Assembly: GCA_051599415.1 (NCBI GenBank) | Contig: AP039710.1 | Location: 186,001 to 242,976, forward strand | Source of the DNA: Savitreella phatthalungensis | Taxonomy: Eukaryota | DNA: 56,976 nt | Reading direction: 5' to 3' | In this document: piece by piece, positions 10,037-21,106 of the stretch | How positions within the stretch are numbered: the first letter of the stretch is position 1 | Layout: each line of letters starts with the position of its first letter | Position numbers and translations under genes: made by a program | The notes under the pieces: generated by a model | Told to the model about the DNA's origin: nothing | Databases searched by the model: none | What the model saw: only the letters and a program-made list of their open reading frames with translations

Positions 10037-11971
10037 TCATAGCCTCGAGTGAGGTCGCTGGTGTTCTGGCGCTAGCTCGTACTCTAGGTATCTGGGGTAC
10101 CACATCGACCTTCGCACGGCTTCTTCAACTTCTGCGTCCTTGAGTCTTCTGCCGTATTGGAGCCGCATGGCTTCTCTGACGACTGCCTTGGCAATATGCT
10201 CAGACACGTTCCTGAGCTCGTGTGATTGTGGGTAGATGGCGCCAGTGTTGAAGCGTGCAGGGGTGACGCACTCTGCCATCGCATCAGCCGCCACAAGGAA
10301 CATCGAGTCTGTAATGATGCGTGTGCGAGAGACAATCGCACCTAGACCTAGACCTGGGAAGATCCATGAGTTGTTGCCTTGGCCAATCTCGTAAGTGTTG
10401 CCGTTGTATTTGACAGGGTCAAATGGAGAGCCAGAACCGACAATCGCTCGCCCATCGGACCACTCGATCGCCTGCTGTGCCGTGCATTCCGCGTGGGACG
10501 TTGGATTGCTGAAGGGTAGGACCACAGGACGATCACAGTATTTGGCCATTGTCCGAATGGCTTGTTCGGTGAAGGCGCCTGCGACAGCAGTCGTGCCTAC
10601 GAGCACGGTCGGTTTCACCTTGTCAATCACCTCGACCAGATCAGCATCGCCCGAGAACCCGTACAGGTCCATCTCCCGCTTCTGCAGGGCGACCTGTCTC
10701 TTCTGGGGATCGCTGTCGACGCCCTCCCGGCCACCGTACACGAGACCCTTCGAGTCGAGGAAGACCATTGACTTGGCAATCGCGGCTTCGTCGAGACCTG
10801 CTCGTTCGAGTGCGAGTTTGAACAGCTCTCCGATACCAAATCCAGCGGTACCGGTGCCGAGGAAGACGACACGCTGGGATGCCAGATCCGTGTCGAGGTT
10901 CTTGATGGCAGCGAGGATACCACCGAGACCGACTGCGGCAGTGCCCTGGATGTCGTCGTTGAAGGAGGGAAGACGGTTGCGGTATCTGGTGAGGAGGTCA
11001 AAGGCGGTACTTCTGTGGAAGTCCTCGAACTGAACGATTGCGCGCGGGAAGACGTTCTGGACGGCAGTGATGAAAGCCTCGACCACCTCGTCGTACGCTT
11101 CGCCTTTCAGTCGGCGGTGACGCCAGCCTGCGTAGTAAGGATCCCTCAACAGCTCCTCGTTGTCCGTGCCCACATCGAGCATGATCGGAAGGGTGAAACC
11201 AGGGTGGATGCCAGCACCGGCACAGTACAGGGACAACTTGCCGATCGGAATACCCATACCACCTGCTCCAAGGTCGCCGAGACCTAGGATTCGCTGGCCG
11301 TCAGTGACGACGATCAGGCGCACATCCTGGTTGGGTGAGTGTCTGAGAATCTCAGACATGCGGTCCTTGTCGTCCGGTGTGAGGAAGATGCCGCGAGTCC
11401 TGCGGAAGATGTGGGAATACATCTGGCATGCTTTGCCGACCGTGGGCGTGTAGATGATGGGCATCGTCTCTGCCAGGTTCTCCACAATCAGCTTGTAGAA
11501 AAGCGTCTCGTTACGATCTTGGAGCGCGGACAGGCCGATGAACTTTTCTAGAGGGTCAGACTTGGCCCTGACACGCTCGAGTTCTAGCTGCATCTGCTGC
11601 TCGAGAGAGAGGTGTTCCCTAGGGAGGAGTCCATCGATTTCGAACGCCTTGCGCTCTTCTGGAGAGAATCCTGTGTCCTTGTTGTAGAGCGGGTGGTAGA
11701 GCAGTCTGAAGCCCTTGAGACCGATCGGTAGCTGAACCTTCTTGTTCTTCTTTGCAGCCAGCTGCCTGTCTTCTGTGATGTCTCCGTCGATCCTGTGGAG
11801 CGGCATGTCTAAGGAGTGAGAAGGGAGGGCGGTGGAGTAGGACCGTGTGAGGAACTGTGTGGAGGTAGAGAGTTGCCTGGAGATGAAGAGTTGCCTGGAG
11901 CTTAGCAGATGTCGGGAGATGAGGAGATGCCTGGAGATAAGGATGTCTGCGCCCGCAGGTCTGATGAGCAT
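10037..11971 (-). CDS. NAD(P)-dependent malic enzyme with putative mitochondrial presequence
   Basis: PIIYTPTVG, VTDGQRILGLGDLG, QFEDF, FNDDIQGT, SNPT and GNNSWIFPGLGLG. The N-terminus is Arg/Ser/Leu-rich and ends RSYSTA. A second in-frame ATG lies at 11806. Confidence 0.95.
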   Translation of the reverse strand: MLIRPAGADILISRHLLISRHLLSSRQLFISRQLSTSTQFLTRSYSTALPSHSLDMPLHRIDGDITEDRQLAAKKNKKVQLPIGLKGFRLLYHPLYNKDTGFSPEERKAFEIDGLLPREHLSLEQQMQLELERVRAKSDPLEKFIGLSALQDRNETLFYKLIVENLAETMPIIYTPTVGKACQMYSHIFRRTRGIFLTPDDKDRMSEILRHSPNQDVRLIVVTDGQRILGLGDLGAGGMGIPIGKLSLYCAGAGIHPGFTLPIMLDVGTDNEELLRDPYYAGWRHRRLKGEAYDEVVEAFITAVQNVFPRAIVQFEDFHRSTAFDLLTRYRNRLPSFNDDIQGTAAVGLGGILAAIKNLDTDLASQRVVFLGTGTAGFGIGELFKLALERAGLDEAAIAKSMVFLDSKGLVYGGREGVDSDPQKRQVALQKREMDLYGFSGDADLVEVIDKVKPTVLVGTTAVAGAFTEQAIRTMAKYCDRPVVLPFSNPTSHAECTAQQAIEWSDGRAIVGSGSPFDPVKYNGNTYEIGQGNNSWIFPGLGLGAIVSRTRIITDSMFLVAADAMAECVTPARFNTGAIYPQSHELRNVSEHIAKAVVREAMRLQYGRRLKDAEVEEAVRRSMWYPRYLEYELAPEHQRPHSRL

Positions 11972-13143
11972 GAGCTATAGATCTGACTCTTTAGCCTTCA
12001 AGCTTCTCACACAGGCTCGCGTGACCCAGCTTGGTCGAGCGGGAGGGAAGCGTGTAGAGGAGGGAGGGTAGAAGGGAAAGAAGGTGGGTGTGTGTGTTTG
12101 CGTGAGAGCAGGAGGTTGTGAGAGAGCAGGAGGAGAGTGGTGTGGATGGTATGTAAGAGCTTGTGAGGTGGAATGTAGCGTGACCTCTCTGTCTCTCACT
12201 GCTGAGGGTTCGTCTGTCTGCTGGTCCTCTGCGATCTTCACCTGACTCACACATGCATGGGGCCTACATCCATGCGCCGTCCACCCCGGATGTGTGGCTA
12301 CCTGGACGGGGAAGGGTATAGAAACAGTATGGAATTCTGTTGCCCGAGGTGCTCCCGTTAGCCGACCGTCTCCACAATAGACAGGAAGAAGAAAGTGCCC
12401 AAGCGGTGAGAGAGCGGGGGGGATGGAAGGGAAGAAGTACGGGTTCAAGAAGGAGACTTTTTTTACCTGCTCCTGCTAATCAACGGTTCCTAAATGACTC
12501 TGACCAGACTTTGAACTCACTCTCGAGTAACTTTGAAGGAACTCTGGAGTAACTCTTGACTCGGGTCTGAGCTGACTCTGAGATGGATCTGAGAAGAGTT
12601 TAGGATGAGTGTGGTAGATGTGCTACCCATTGTTTAGCTCATGTCTGATTGAATCCTTGCTTTCTATGGCTTCAAATAAGTGTGACCTGTTGCAGCTACA
12701 CTTGAACATGTAATCAATATACACGCTGTGGAAAGCAGTCCGTATGAAGATGAAATTGGGCGCCATCGTCGATTATTCTTCCGGTACAGACGACAGACTC
12801 CCGAGAGTCAGAGTCAGAGTCAGAGTCTGCAATTGGGTTTACAGCGCTAAAGCCTTGTGGTTACCCGGTCCTCGGCTCAGGATTTGCCGTCTTGGGAGCC
12901 AGTGTAGATTACCCTTCTTGTGTTTTTGGATCTCCAGAGTCGATGTAGATCGCTCCGCTCGTCATTGGTGCAATCCTCATTCTGGTCAGACACACCCGAG
13001 GCTAGTCGAGTCGAGTCCCATTCATACACCTGTGGTCATCCTACAACACAACACACAACACGGCTAGGCAGGTCAGTGGAGACATCCATTTCGAAGCACA
13101 TGCAACATCTATCATAGCAATTAGTATTACGGAAGTACTCTTA

Positions 13144-14061
13144 CTACGCCTTGCTGACGTGCTGGCGAATGAGGTCCTTGACCTGCTCGGTCGAGTACTC
13201 TGGAATACCTAGACGCTTGTTCCACGACCTGTCTGTGAAATCGTTGGGGACAGCTGGGTCGAAGATGGAGACCCTGATGAGGTCAAAGATGGCAGGCATG
13301 ATCTTCGAATGGTCTCCAGATTTGAGGGCTGCATAGGATTCCTGCTCGACCTCCAGAGTCTTCCTCTGCGTGATCGTCCAGCCTTCCGGACCTCCAAGCG
13401 CCTCCACGAACCCTCGCTGGGTGATGGGACCGTCCTGGATATAGATTGCCTGATTCTTTGTCTCCTCTTCGTGACGAAGGACCTGGACGACTGCCTGTCC
13501 GACGACTGGCAGTCTTGTGAGGGAGAACACGTGGTTTCCATCGTCCCAGTACTCTGACGTCTTTGTCTCTGGCGTTGCGAAGAAGCGCCAGTCGAGGAGA
13601 AGGTCTAGGAAGCCGCCGGTGATGATGGAGGTGTAAGAGAAGTCCCTGTGCTCTGCTACAAGCTTTTTCAGTAGGTTTTCGACCTCCTTCTTCGGCGCAA
13701 ATGGTGGAAGCGCGGCCACACGTGGGTTCTGATAGTCCGACCCGAAGTCTGAAGGGATGTATCGCCTGACACCAGCTTCTGCAGCTGCAGCCGCCAAATC
13801 GAGGTAGACCTTTGTGTTGGATGGCTCGACGCTGCCGGTCGAGACGACGGCATCTTGGCCGCGGAGGACGTCGATCAGACCAGATTTGTCCGCAAAATCG
13901 ACTTCCTTGACGGTCACATTGCTCGCCGTCTGAACAGATGCACCGTTGCCCTTGCGAGTGATGGCTGTGATTTGGAAGTCTCCTGCCTCGATCAGCTTGG
14001 CCAGAACGGCTTTGCCAACGTTGCCATTGGCTCCCTGGAGGACTACTTTTGTGATGGCCAT
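13144..14061 (-). CDS. NmrA/isoflavone-reductase-like (CipA-like) NAD(P)-binding oxidoreductase
   Basis: GANGNVG Rossmann motif, LRGQDAVVS, AAAEAGVRRYIPSDFG, YTSIITGGFLD. Confidence 0.88.
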   Translation of the reverse strand: MAITKVVLQGANGNVGKAVLAKLIEAGDFQITAITRKGNGASVQTASNVTVKEVDFADKSGLIDVLRGQDAVVSTGSVEPSNTKVYLDLAAAAAEAGVRRYIPSDFGSDYQNPRVAALPPFAPKKEVENLLKKLVAEHRDFSYTSIITGGFLDLLLDWRFFATPETKTSEYWDDGNHVFSLTRLPVVGQAVVQVLRHEEETKNQAIYIQDGPITQRGFVEALGGPEGWTITQRKTLEVEQESYAALKSGDHSKIMPAIFDLIRVSIFDPAVPNDFTDRSWNKRLGIPEYSTEQVKDLIRQHVSKA

Positions 14062-16316
14062 TTGATCAGATAATGGATTTTAACTGATGAGGTATAGATG
14101 GACGAAAGAATAATGTGGAAAGAGGAGGTGGGTGAGATGTGTCTTTATACTGTCCTGGTTTGATGATGATGCTGGACGTAAAGACAACAGGTGTAGTGTG
14201 ATGCAGTGCGCTGTGATGAGCAAAGTTGTGTCTCCTGTATGTTCACAAGAAGGTGTGTGATGGAGGATTTGTAATGGCGTGATGACCAATGATTGTGGTG
14301 TGTAATAAGTGCCCGTTTCACCTCACCCTCTCAATGGTAAGCGCAACGAAATGCATGCGTCAATGCAACGCGATACGACACGATACCCATAAACGACACA
14401 ATGCTGTGCAGACCGAGGATTGGGGATGCTGGGCCGGGCAATCCGAATGCTTTGATGGCTGGCTGACAGATATGATCATGAGCCTGTGCATAATCCAGCT
14501 TGGCAAATTAGGTACGCTAGAAAAGATTGAGGTGGGCATGAGAGTTTACCTCCTGGGTCATGTTTGGGTCGACCGCGAGTTCCTGTGCTTAGTGATCCAT
14601 AGAGAAGAGCCTGATTACACGGAGATGGAGGGCGATGAAGATGGATACGGTGATGGATGCGGAAGATGGCAAATCAAGATGGACGATACAAGATGTGATC
14701 GAGGATGCATTTACTCAGGATGAGGACGACGAACATGAATGTTGAGGAGGTTAAGGATGTGATTGGTGAAGAGACTGTGAGGATCGTATTCATCTACAGC
14801 TAGATCGGAACGACGTCCAGGACAGACCTGGACATGTCCTGCTGTTTGTGTACCAGTGAGGAAGTTATCACACTCATTGAGTACCAGCTTCCGAGTTGAT
14901 GCCTCCTTATTGAGACCGACGAGTACATCGTGTCGTATCTACAGTAGCTGAACCCAAGTCATGTGCATTTGTGAGTTTCAACTCTTCTCAGCAGGTATAT
15001 ATATATCAATATCCACCGAATCTGGATTCAGTGAAGTGAACTGACTGACTTCCATTCCATGTAGTATTCCGGGCCTGTCGATGGATCGTTGTTAAGGATT
15101 GCTATGCGATGCACGTAGAATTGCTCACTAATCAGCATAGGACACAATTCAATCAAGACGAGCACGAGCTTTCACAGTTAAAAGAGTCCAAACATACATG
15201 CATGAGCACCGAATTACCTTATCACTGCACGCATATGCTGCATAATCAAGTCACTCAAGTCTTGGTGAGGATAAGGGAAAATCTGTTCAGGGTCAATCTA
15301 ACTAGTCTCAAACTCTAATTCGACCAATTTCCGAACCACATGATTTGTATATCCTGTACCCGGTATAGATCATCTGTGCAAGATCCGCTTGGAAATCAAA
15401 TTCCCAATTCCGCATTCTGCACCAGTTTTCACTCACGTGAACCAGCATCCTCACAGCAAAAACATATCGTCTACAACCACTCCATCTGTCATTCGATCCC
15501 CTTTCACTCTTCAGCTCGATTAATCCACAAAGGTACGTGTATACGGACAAAGATACGCGCAGTCGACTTCAACCTTACTGGGTGTCATCTGCCACTCTCA
15601 ATCAAAGCCATCGTCATAGCATGGCTGTTTCTGTTTTTGTTCTTCGATTTAGTATCCATCTAATGATCGTCCCGCATGCCCATGGACATGCCATTTGGAA
15701 CTCCATTTCCCTTTTGTCCGACCACCATTCAATAGATCCGCCTTGCATGCGTTCATTCCGGAGTAGTGCAGCAAAACGATCATCTTCATCGGTTATACCG
15801 GAAACTTGTCCGTTCACCCACTCACCCATCTTTTTGCCTCCATTCAGTCTCCAACAGCCCTCTCTCCTCACGCCGAATTTCCCATGGACAGTCCTCCTGC
15901 CTCCTACCTCTCAGCTCATCTGTCTGCGTATCTCTAGACTTGCTGCTTCTACTCATCTGTCCCAGAACTTGCGGGCTCACTTCTGGCAGAGAGTGGCGTA
16001 CCCACCTGCCTGCTCCATTCTCCATATTCTCATAAAGTTGCACGTGCTCGAATTTGGATCTAGTGCATTGATGAATTGTGCATTCAAATTCTCAACAAGC
16101 TGGTCTTAGAACTCCGTTTAGCTGAATTCCTGAATGCAGGCTTCCCCACTAGGTCTCATCATTCATCTGTACACGACGTCAACATCCGATCCAATGCAGC
16201 AGTCATTTAACCATCACTGCACCCACCGCTCCAACATCATCCGCACCATCATCTTCACCGCTGTCAGCAAGGCAGCCTCTTTATAGTCTCTTCATGGCAG
16301 CACTAACGACCTTATT

Positions 16317-17861
16317 ATGAGCTCGTCTGACGTCGTTGTCGTCACCGGCGGCGCAAATGGCATGGGCAGGCATTTCGCCTCTGCCTTGCTCGCTAGAGGC
16401 CTGAGGGTCAGCATCGCCGACGTCGACGAGCGCCGTGCCCAATCACTTCTACTCACCTTGCACAAGCAGGCACCTCATCATGTCGCCAATTTGCTCTACA
16501 CACGGTGTGACATCCGCAGCCTCACACAGCTCAGGGAGGTCTTTGCTCGCACAATCTCAGTGTTTGGCAGAATCGATACAGTCCTCTGCGTTGCTGGTGT
16601 CAACGTCCCAGACCCATTTCTCCTCGCCCGTATCGGCGGAAAGAAGGCCAGTGACGAGCTCCCCCTCACAAACATCGATGTCAACCTCAAGGGAACGTTA
16701 CAGACGGTGTATTGCGCGCTTGAGGTCATGAGCAGAGGCACTATCGTCCTCATCTCCTCGATCAGCGGACACTATCCGAGCAGCTGCCAGGCGACTTACT
16801 CCGCTTCGAAAGCGGCCATCGTCGCCTTTGGCAGGGCAATACACCCGCTTCTACCTTCAGAAATGCGTCTCATGTCCCTCGTCCCGTCATCCTATCTACC
16901 GCCTGGCACACCACTCTCATCAACCCAACCGACAGATCCGTTTCGCCAGACTACAGCAGAGACGCTTGGTTTCGTTGATATGAATCTCATCTGGTCCGCG
17001 CTACTGGGCATGCTCGATAGGGGCAAGTCTGGGGACGTGATCGAGGTCACCCCAATGGGCATCCGACCAGACTACCTACACGTGCCTACCAAGATCGAGC
17101 AACTCGAACGCGGTCTGCGCGCCAGAATTTTGAACGAGAAGGTCGAAGCTGGCAGTCAAATTGGCGGAGAAGAGCTTCTGCTCGACGACTTGGAAGGTCA
17201 GGATGTCATCCTCCTGAACACACAGCAGTCTGACGCCGTCAAGCGGATATGGGAGAGCGCAAAGCGTCGGATCGTCTGTGATGGTGCCGCAGACAGACTC
17301 CTCCGCCTATACAACTGCAAACCAACAGATATGCCCGAGAGCGTGCTACCGAGCACGATAGTCGGCGATTTGGACTCAATCACGAACGAAGCCCGTGACG
17401 GATTCGGAGCTCGCGAAGTGGAGATCATCAAGGATACGGACGAAAACAGCACTGACTTCACAAAGGCCGTCAAGTTGCTAGGTGACAGCGAGCGTATCAT
17501 CGCCTTGGGTGGTATCTCTGGCAGGATCGACCAGTTCTTCTCCTCCCTTCATACCCTCTTCTCACACAGGCGTATCATCATGGTTGACGAGCAAAATATC
17601 ATCTGTCTGCTGCAGGCGGGCGCTCACAGGATCCGCTGTGGACCATTTGGTCCTCATTGTGGCCTTGTACCACTCGAAGGAGGTGTTCGAACGAGGACAC
17701 GCGGACTCAAATGGTGTCTGGACGGCGAGCAGATGGCTCTCTCAGGTCTAATCTCGACCAACAACCTCGTCACTAGCAACGAGGCTATCGTCGACGTTGA
17801 TTGCAGTGGACCTTTACTCTTCTCCATCGAGCACAACGTGAACAAGATACCGGAGCCATGA
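16317..17861 (+). CDS. Fusion: short-chain dehydrogenase/reductase + thiamine pyrophosphokinase (Thi80-like)
   Basis: N-half has VVVTGGANGMG, DVNLKG and YSASK. C-half has VCDGAADRL, IVGDLDSI, DENSTDFTKAV, GGISGRIDQ, CGLVPL, TRGLKW and LISTNN. There is no stop between the halves. Confidence 0.88.
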   Translation: MSSSDVVVVTGGANGMGRHFASALLARGLRVSIADVDERRAQSLLLTLHKQAPHHVANLLYTRCDIRSLTQLREVFARTISVFGRIDTVLCVAGVNVPDPFLLARIGGKKASDELPLTNIDVNLKGTLQTVYCALEVMSRGTIVLISSISGHYPSSCQATYSASKAAIVAFGRAIHPLLPSEMRLMSLVPSSYLPPGTPLSSTQPTDPFRQTTAETLGFVDMNLIWSALLGMLDRGKSGDVIEVTPMGIRPDYLHVPTKIEQLERGLRARILNEKVEAGSQIGGEELLLDDLEGQDVILLNTQQSDAVKRIWESAKRRIVCDGAADRLLRLYNCKPTDMPESVLPSTIVGDLDSITNEARDGFGAREVEIIKDTDENSTDFTKAVKLLGDSERIIALGGISGRIDQFFSSLHTLFSHRRIIMVDEQNIICLLQAGAHRIRCGPFGPHCGLVPLEGGVRTRTRGLKWCLDGEQMALSGLISTNNLVTSNEAIVDVDCSGPLLFSIEHNVNKIPEP

Positions 17862-18244
17862 GCATTCAAGGGTTAGACTCTAGAGCAAGACATTGATCGA
17901 TCCGGATATCGATCGGTACGGGGACATCGATCGATCCGGAGACATCGAACGATCTGGAGGTTGTCTATGGTGGCTGCTGGGCGAGCAGTTCTAAATTTAG
18001 TCACATGTGTATCTATTTTGACTCAAGCTGACACCTACAAAAAAAGGGATCAAATTAATTGTTATGATGCATGACGTTCGAAGAGCACGAGCACGAGCAC
18101 GAGCACATCCAGATCATATGCACGTATACACCCACGCACAGACACAAGATAGACAACTACATGGACAAAGCAGGTGTATACAGGTCAGTGCAGACGTCCT
18201 GAGTGCTTTTGAAGATGCTACAGAATACTTGAGGGAATCGCGCA

Positions 18245-21106
18245 ATGCTTGGTCAGGTCCGCAGGATCGAGGATGACCTACGGCGCGAGAGCATTGACGA
18301 GGATGGCTCACTCGAAGACGATGGAGAGCACGACAGGCTTCTTCCACCGTCCAGAAAGCACGACGCCAGTCTGATACTCGCAGACGGAAGACGTGTACGC
18401 CGTTTCATCAGTCTCTCCAGGCTAAGCTTCATGTCACAGCGCGAGGATCCCACCGAAGATCATCCATTCGATTTGACAAAATACCTCGACAGGCGTTGCG
18501 CCAAGAGCGTCATCGCCTACGTCCTCGCCTCCCTCCTGGTCCTACTTCCTCCAGTCGGCGCACTCTTCCCAGGCGACGGCAAGCACTTTGCAGCCACATG
18601 CTGCGTCTACTTCTTCCCAGCCAGATCAGTCGGCCACATGGTCGAGACGGTCGTTTTGGCGCTTTCTGCGATGGTGTTTGCAGTCGTTGTGTCGATCGGG
18701 TCTGCTTGGACTGCTGTGGCGTGTAACGCTGCGAAAAGGCCGGTGCTCGGCCACACGATCGTCCTCGTCTTCTGGTTGGCCGGCGGTGTGGCAATCCTGG
18801 CGCGATGGAAAGAGCTGAGGCGAAATCCGACCGTCGGCGTAGCGACGTCCATGTCCAGCATCATCTTCTTCACCAACATCACACGGGAAGGCAGTGCAAG
18901 ACAGACAGACCTGCTCCAGCTCGACAAAGTTTTAGCATATGTCGCAGTCGTCCTCATCGGCCTCATCATCTCCTTCGTCGTCTCCCTCACCATCTGGCCC
19001 CAGTATGCGACAGAGTCTCTCCGCTCCCAGCTCTCCTCCGCACCCGAACAGCTAGGGAGGACGCTTGTCCTCGTCACAAGGTCATTCCTCGGCAGTATCG
19101 AGAAAAACGTAGCAGCAGACTCCGCGCTCGAGCGTGATGTGTCTGCGGCATTCACGCGTCTGCATGAGTTGTTGCCAGCACTCCGGCGATCACTACACGA
19201 GGCGAGCTTCGAACTGCGCTGTGCAGGGCGTCCTGAGGAGCTTACTCTTTTCACTCAACTCATCGACACCGTCTGTACTCTCGTGGACGGCCTCGAAGCT
19301 CTGCGCGCGAGCTGTGACGCTCAGCGTCATCTGCTCATTCATGACGGAGACGAAGACTTCCACGCGACAGCGCACTCCATCGCTCGAGAGTACATGCTGA
19401 GACTCGGCCCCGTCATGAAATCCGTCGTCTACACTGCCCGACACGCTACACGAGACATGGCCGACAATGGAGCGACCATCGGCGCCCTCCAATTTTCAAA
19501 CGTTCACCGCGCCCTTGATCTCTTCAAAGACGCTTCTGCTCACGCACTATCAGACGTCTACCGGCAGCCAATCTTTTCACAACTCGCGCTACAGCAGGAA
19601 CTGGCGGCGTGCGAGGAAGTGGCAGCATCGGTCGACTACTTCTCCACCAGTCTCGTTCACTTCATCACCTCGCTCGGACAGTGCATGATGCTGTTCGATG
19701 AGCTTCGAGAGTCGTCTAAGGGTGTTGTCTCACGCCGAGCACTGATGCGTGGACTCTTGTCTGTCATGACGTCCTCGCCGCCATATCGACCGCGGCTGCC
19801 GAGGATCAGACCCTCGGAGAATCTGAGTCACCGCGTCTGGCGGGCACTCTCATACCTCAAGCGGCCGGAAATCAAGTTCGCCATCAAGGCAGGCACGGGC
19901 GCAGCGCTATTCGCTCTACCGTCGATGATTCCCTGGACACGCCCGTTCTACGTCGAGTGGCGGCTCGAGTGGGGGCTTTTGAGCTTTTTCATCGTCCTGA
20001 ACACGAGCGTTGGTGCTACGTATTCTGCTGCCTGGTGGCGTGTTGTGGGATCTTTCCTGGGCACCTTGCTTGCTTTGGGGGCGTGGACCCTGGCCCGCGG
20101 GCATTCACCGGTACTCATCGTCATTGGCGCTCTCGTCGCCACGGTCTGCCTTCCACTGATCCTCAACCCGACCATCTTCAACGCGCCGTTCGGTCGCTTC
20201 ATCCTCCTCTCCTACAACCTCACAGCACTGTACGCCTATACACTCTCGATCTCAGGCGACGACGTTGACGAAGGCGGCAAGGACCCGCGCATCGCCGTCA
20301 TCGCCATCCACCGCACCGTCAGCGTCACCTTGGGATGTCTCTGGGGAGCGCTTTTCAACGCCTACGTAGCACCGACAAAGGCAAGGACTTCTCTGCGTCG
20401 CGGCATCTCCGCCGTCCTGCTCGACTTTGCCGCCAAATGGAGGCCAGACAGGGCAGACGACAGCGGCGAGCGGCTCGGCTATGGGCGAGGCGATGGTCAT
20501 CGATATGGGAGCGGCAACGGAGACGTGCCTTCGATTGCAGAGCTTAGAGTCTTCCTGGCACAGTGTCCTGGCGAGCCTCGACTCCGTGGCACGTTCCCAT
20601 CAGAGATCTTCCGGGAATTGCTCGACCACCTGGATCGGCTTTGCGGAGCCGCGCGCGTCCTCGAGACTCGCGGCCTGCCACTGCTGGGTGCACGTGTGGC
20701 CGGAGTGATCAAACAGCCGCAAGAGGATCTAGCAGACGCGTTATTCCTCTACGGATACATGCTCGGGACGGCAGTCTGGATGAGGCTAGGACTGCCCGAG
20801 AGTCTTCCGGCGGCCGCTGCACACGCACGAGAACGGCTATTGGCCAGGCTAGCGGACTACCGCCTAGACCGCATCGCTCGAGGGTGTGATCCCGCAGCCA
20901 GTAGCAGCAAGACCAGCACGAGGACATCCCCAGACCGTCATCTGCATCCCTCAGACAACCTGAACGACCAAGACCAAACGCATGACCATATATCCGGCAC
21001 GCCATTCGACGAGGCAGATTACAGGCCAGCATTCGTCCATACACTCATCACTGGCGCCATTGTACGTGAACTCGACGCCGTAGCATGCCTCATTAGGCAG
21101 CTCTAG
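18245..21106 (+). CDS. Aromatic acid exporter/FUSC/ALMT-like membrane protein (Bre4-like)
   Basis: Two hydrophobic blocks; F.PARSVGHMVE, KFAIKAG.G..LFALP, WGLLSF, RVVGSFLG, LLSYNLTALYAY and EPRLRGTFP. Confidence 0.78.
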   Translation: MLGQVRRIEDDLRRESIDEDGSLEDDGEHDRLLPPSRKHDASLILADGRRVRRFISLSRLSFMSQREDPTEDHPFDLTKYLDRRCAKSVIAYVLASLLVLLPPVGALFPGDGKHFAATCCVYFFPARSVGHMVETVVLALSAMVFAVVVSIGSAWTAVACNAAKRPVLGHTIVLVFWLAGGVAILARWKELRRNPTVGVATSMSSIIFFTNITREGSARQTDLLQLDKVLAYVAVVLIGLIISFVVSLTIWPQYATESLRSQLSSAPEQLGRTLVLVTRSFLGSIEKNVAADSALERDVSAAFTRLHELLPALRRSLHEASFELRCAGRPEELTLFTQLIDTVCTLVDGLEALRASCDAQRHLLIHDGDEDFHATAHSIAREYMLRLGPVMKSVVYTARHATRDMADNGATIGALQFSNVHRALDLFKDASAHALSDVYRQPIFSQLALQQELAACEEVAASVDYFSTSLVHFITSLGQCMMLFDELRESSKGVVSRRALMRGLLSVMTSSPPYRPRLPRIRPSENLSHRVWRALSYLKRPEIKFAIKAGTGAALFALPSMIPWTRPFYVEWRLEWGLLSFFIVLNTSVGATYSAAWWRVVGSFLGTLLALGAWTLARGHSPVLIVIGALVATVCLPLILNPTIFNAPFGRFILLSYNLTALYAYTLSISGDDVDEGGKDPRIAVIAIHRTVSVTLGCLWGALFNAYVAPTKARTSLRRGISAVLLDFAAKWRPDRADDSGERLGYGRGDGHRYGSGNGDVPSIAELRVFLAQCPGEPRLRGTFPSEIFRELLDHLDRLCGAARVLETRGLPLLGARVAGVIKQPQEDLADALFLYGYMLGTAVWMRLGLPESLPAAAAHARERLLARLADYRLDRIARGCDPAASSSKTSTRTSPDRHLHPSDNLNDQDQTHDHISGTPFDEADYRPAFVHTLITGAIVRELDAVACLIRQL

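Noticed and set aside
14289..16109. Short ORFs that might be a decayed gene between the NmrA-like gene and the SDR-TPK fusion
   Set aside because: No motif I can recognise; a tblastx search would be needed.
17869..17958. Single AGGGTTAG and short GACATCGATCGATCCGGA-like repeats after the TPK gene
   Set aside because: An eight-base match is expected by chance, and the 18-bp degenerate repeat has no supporting context.
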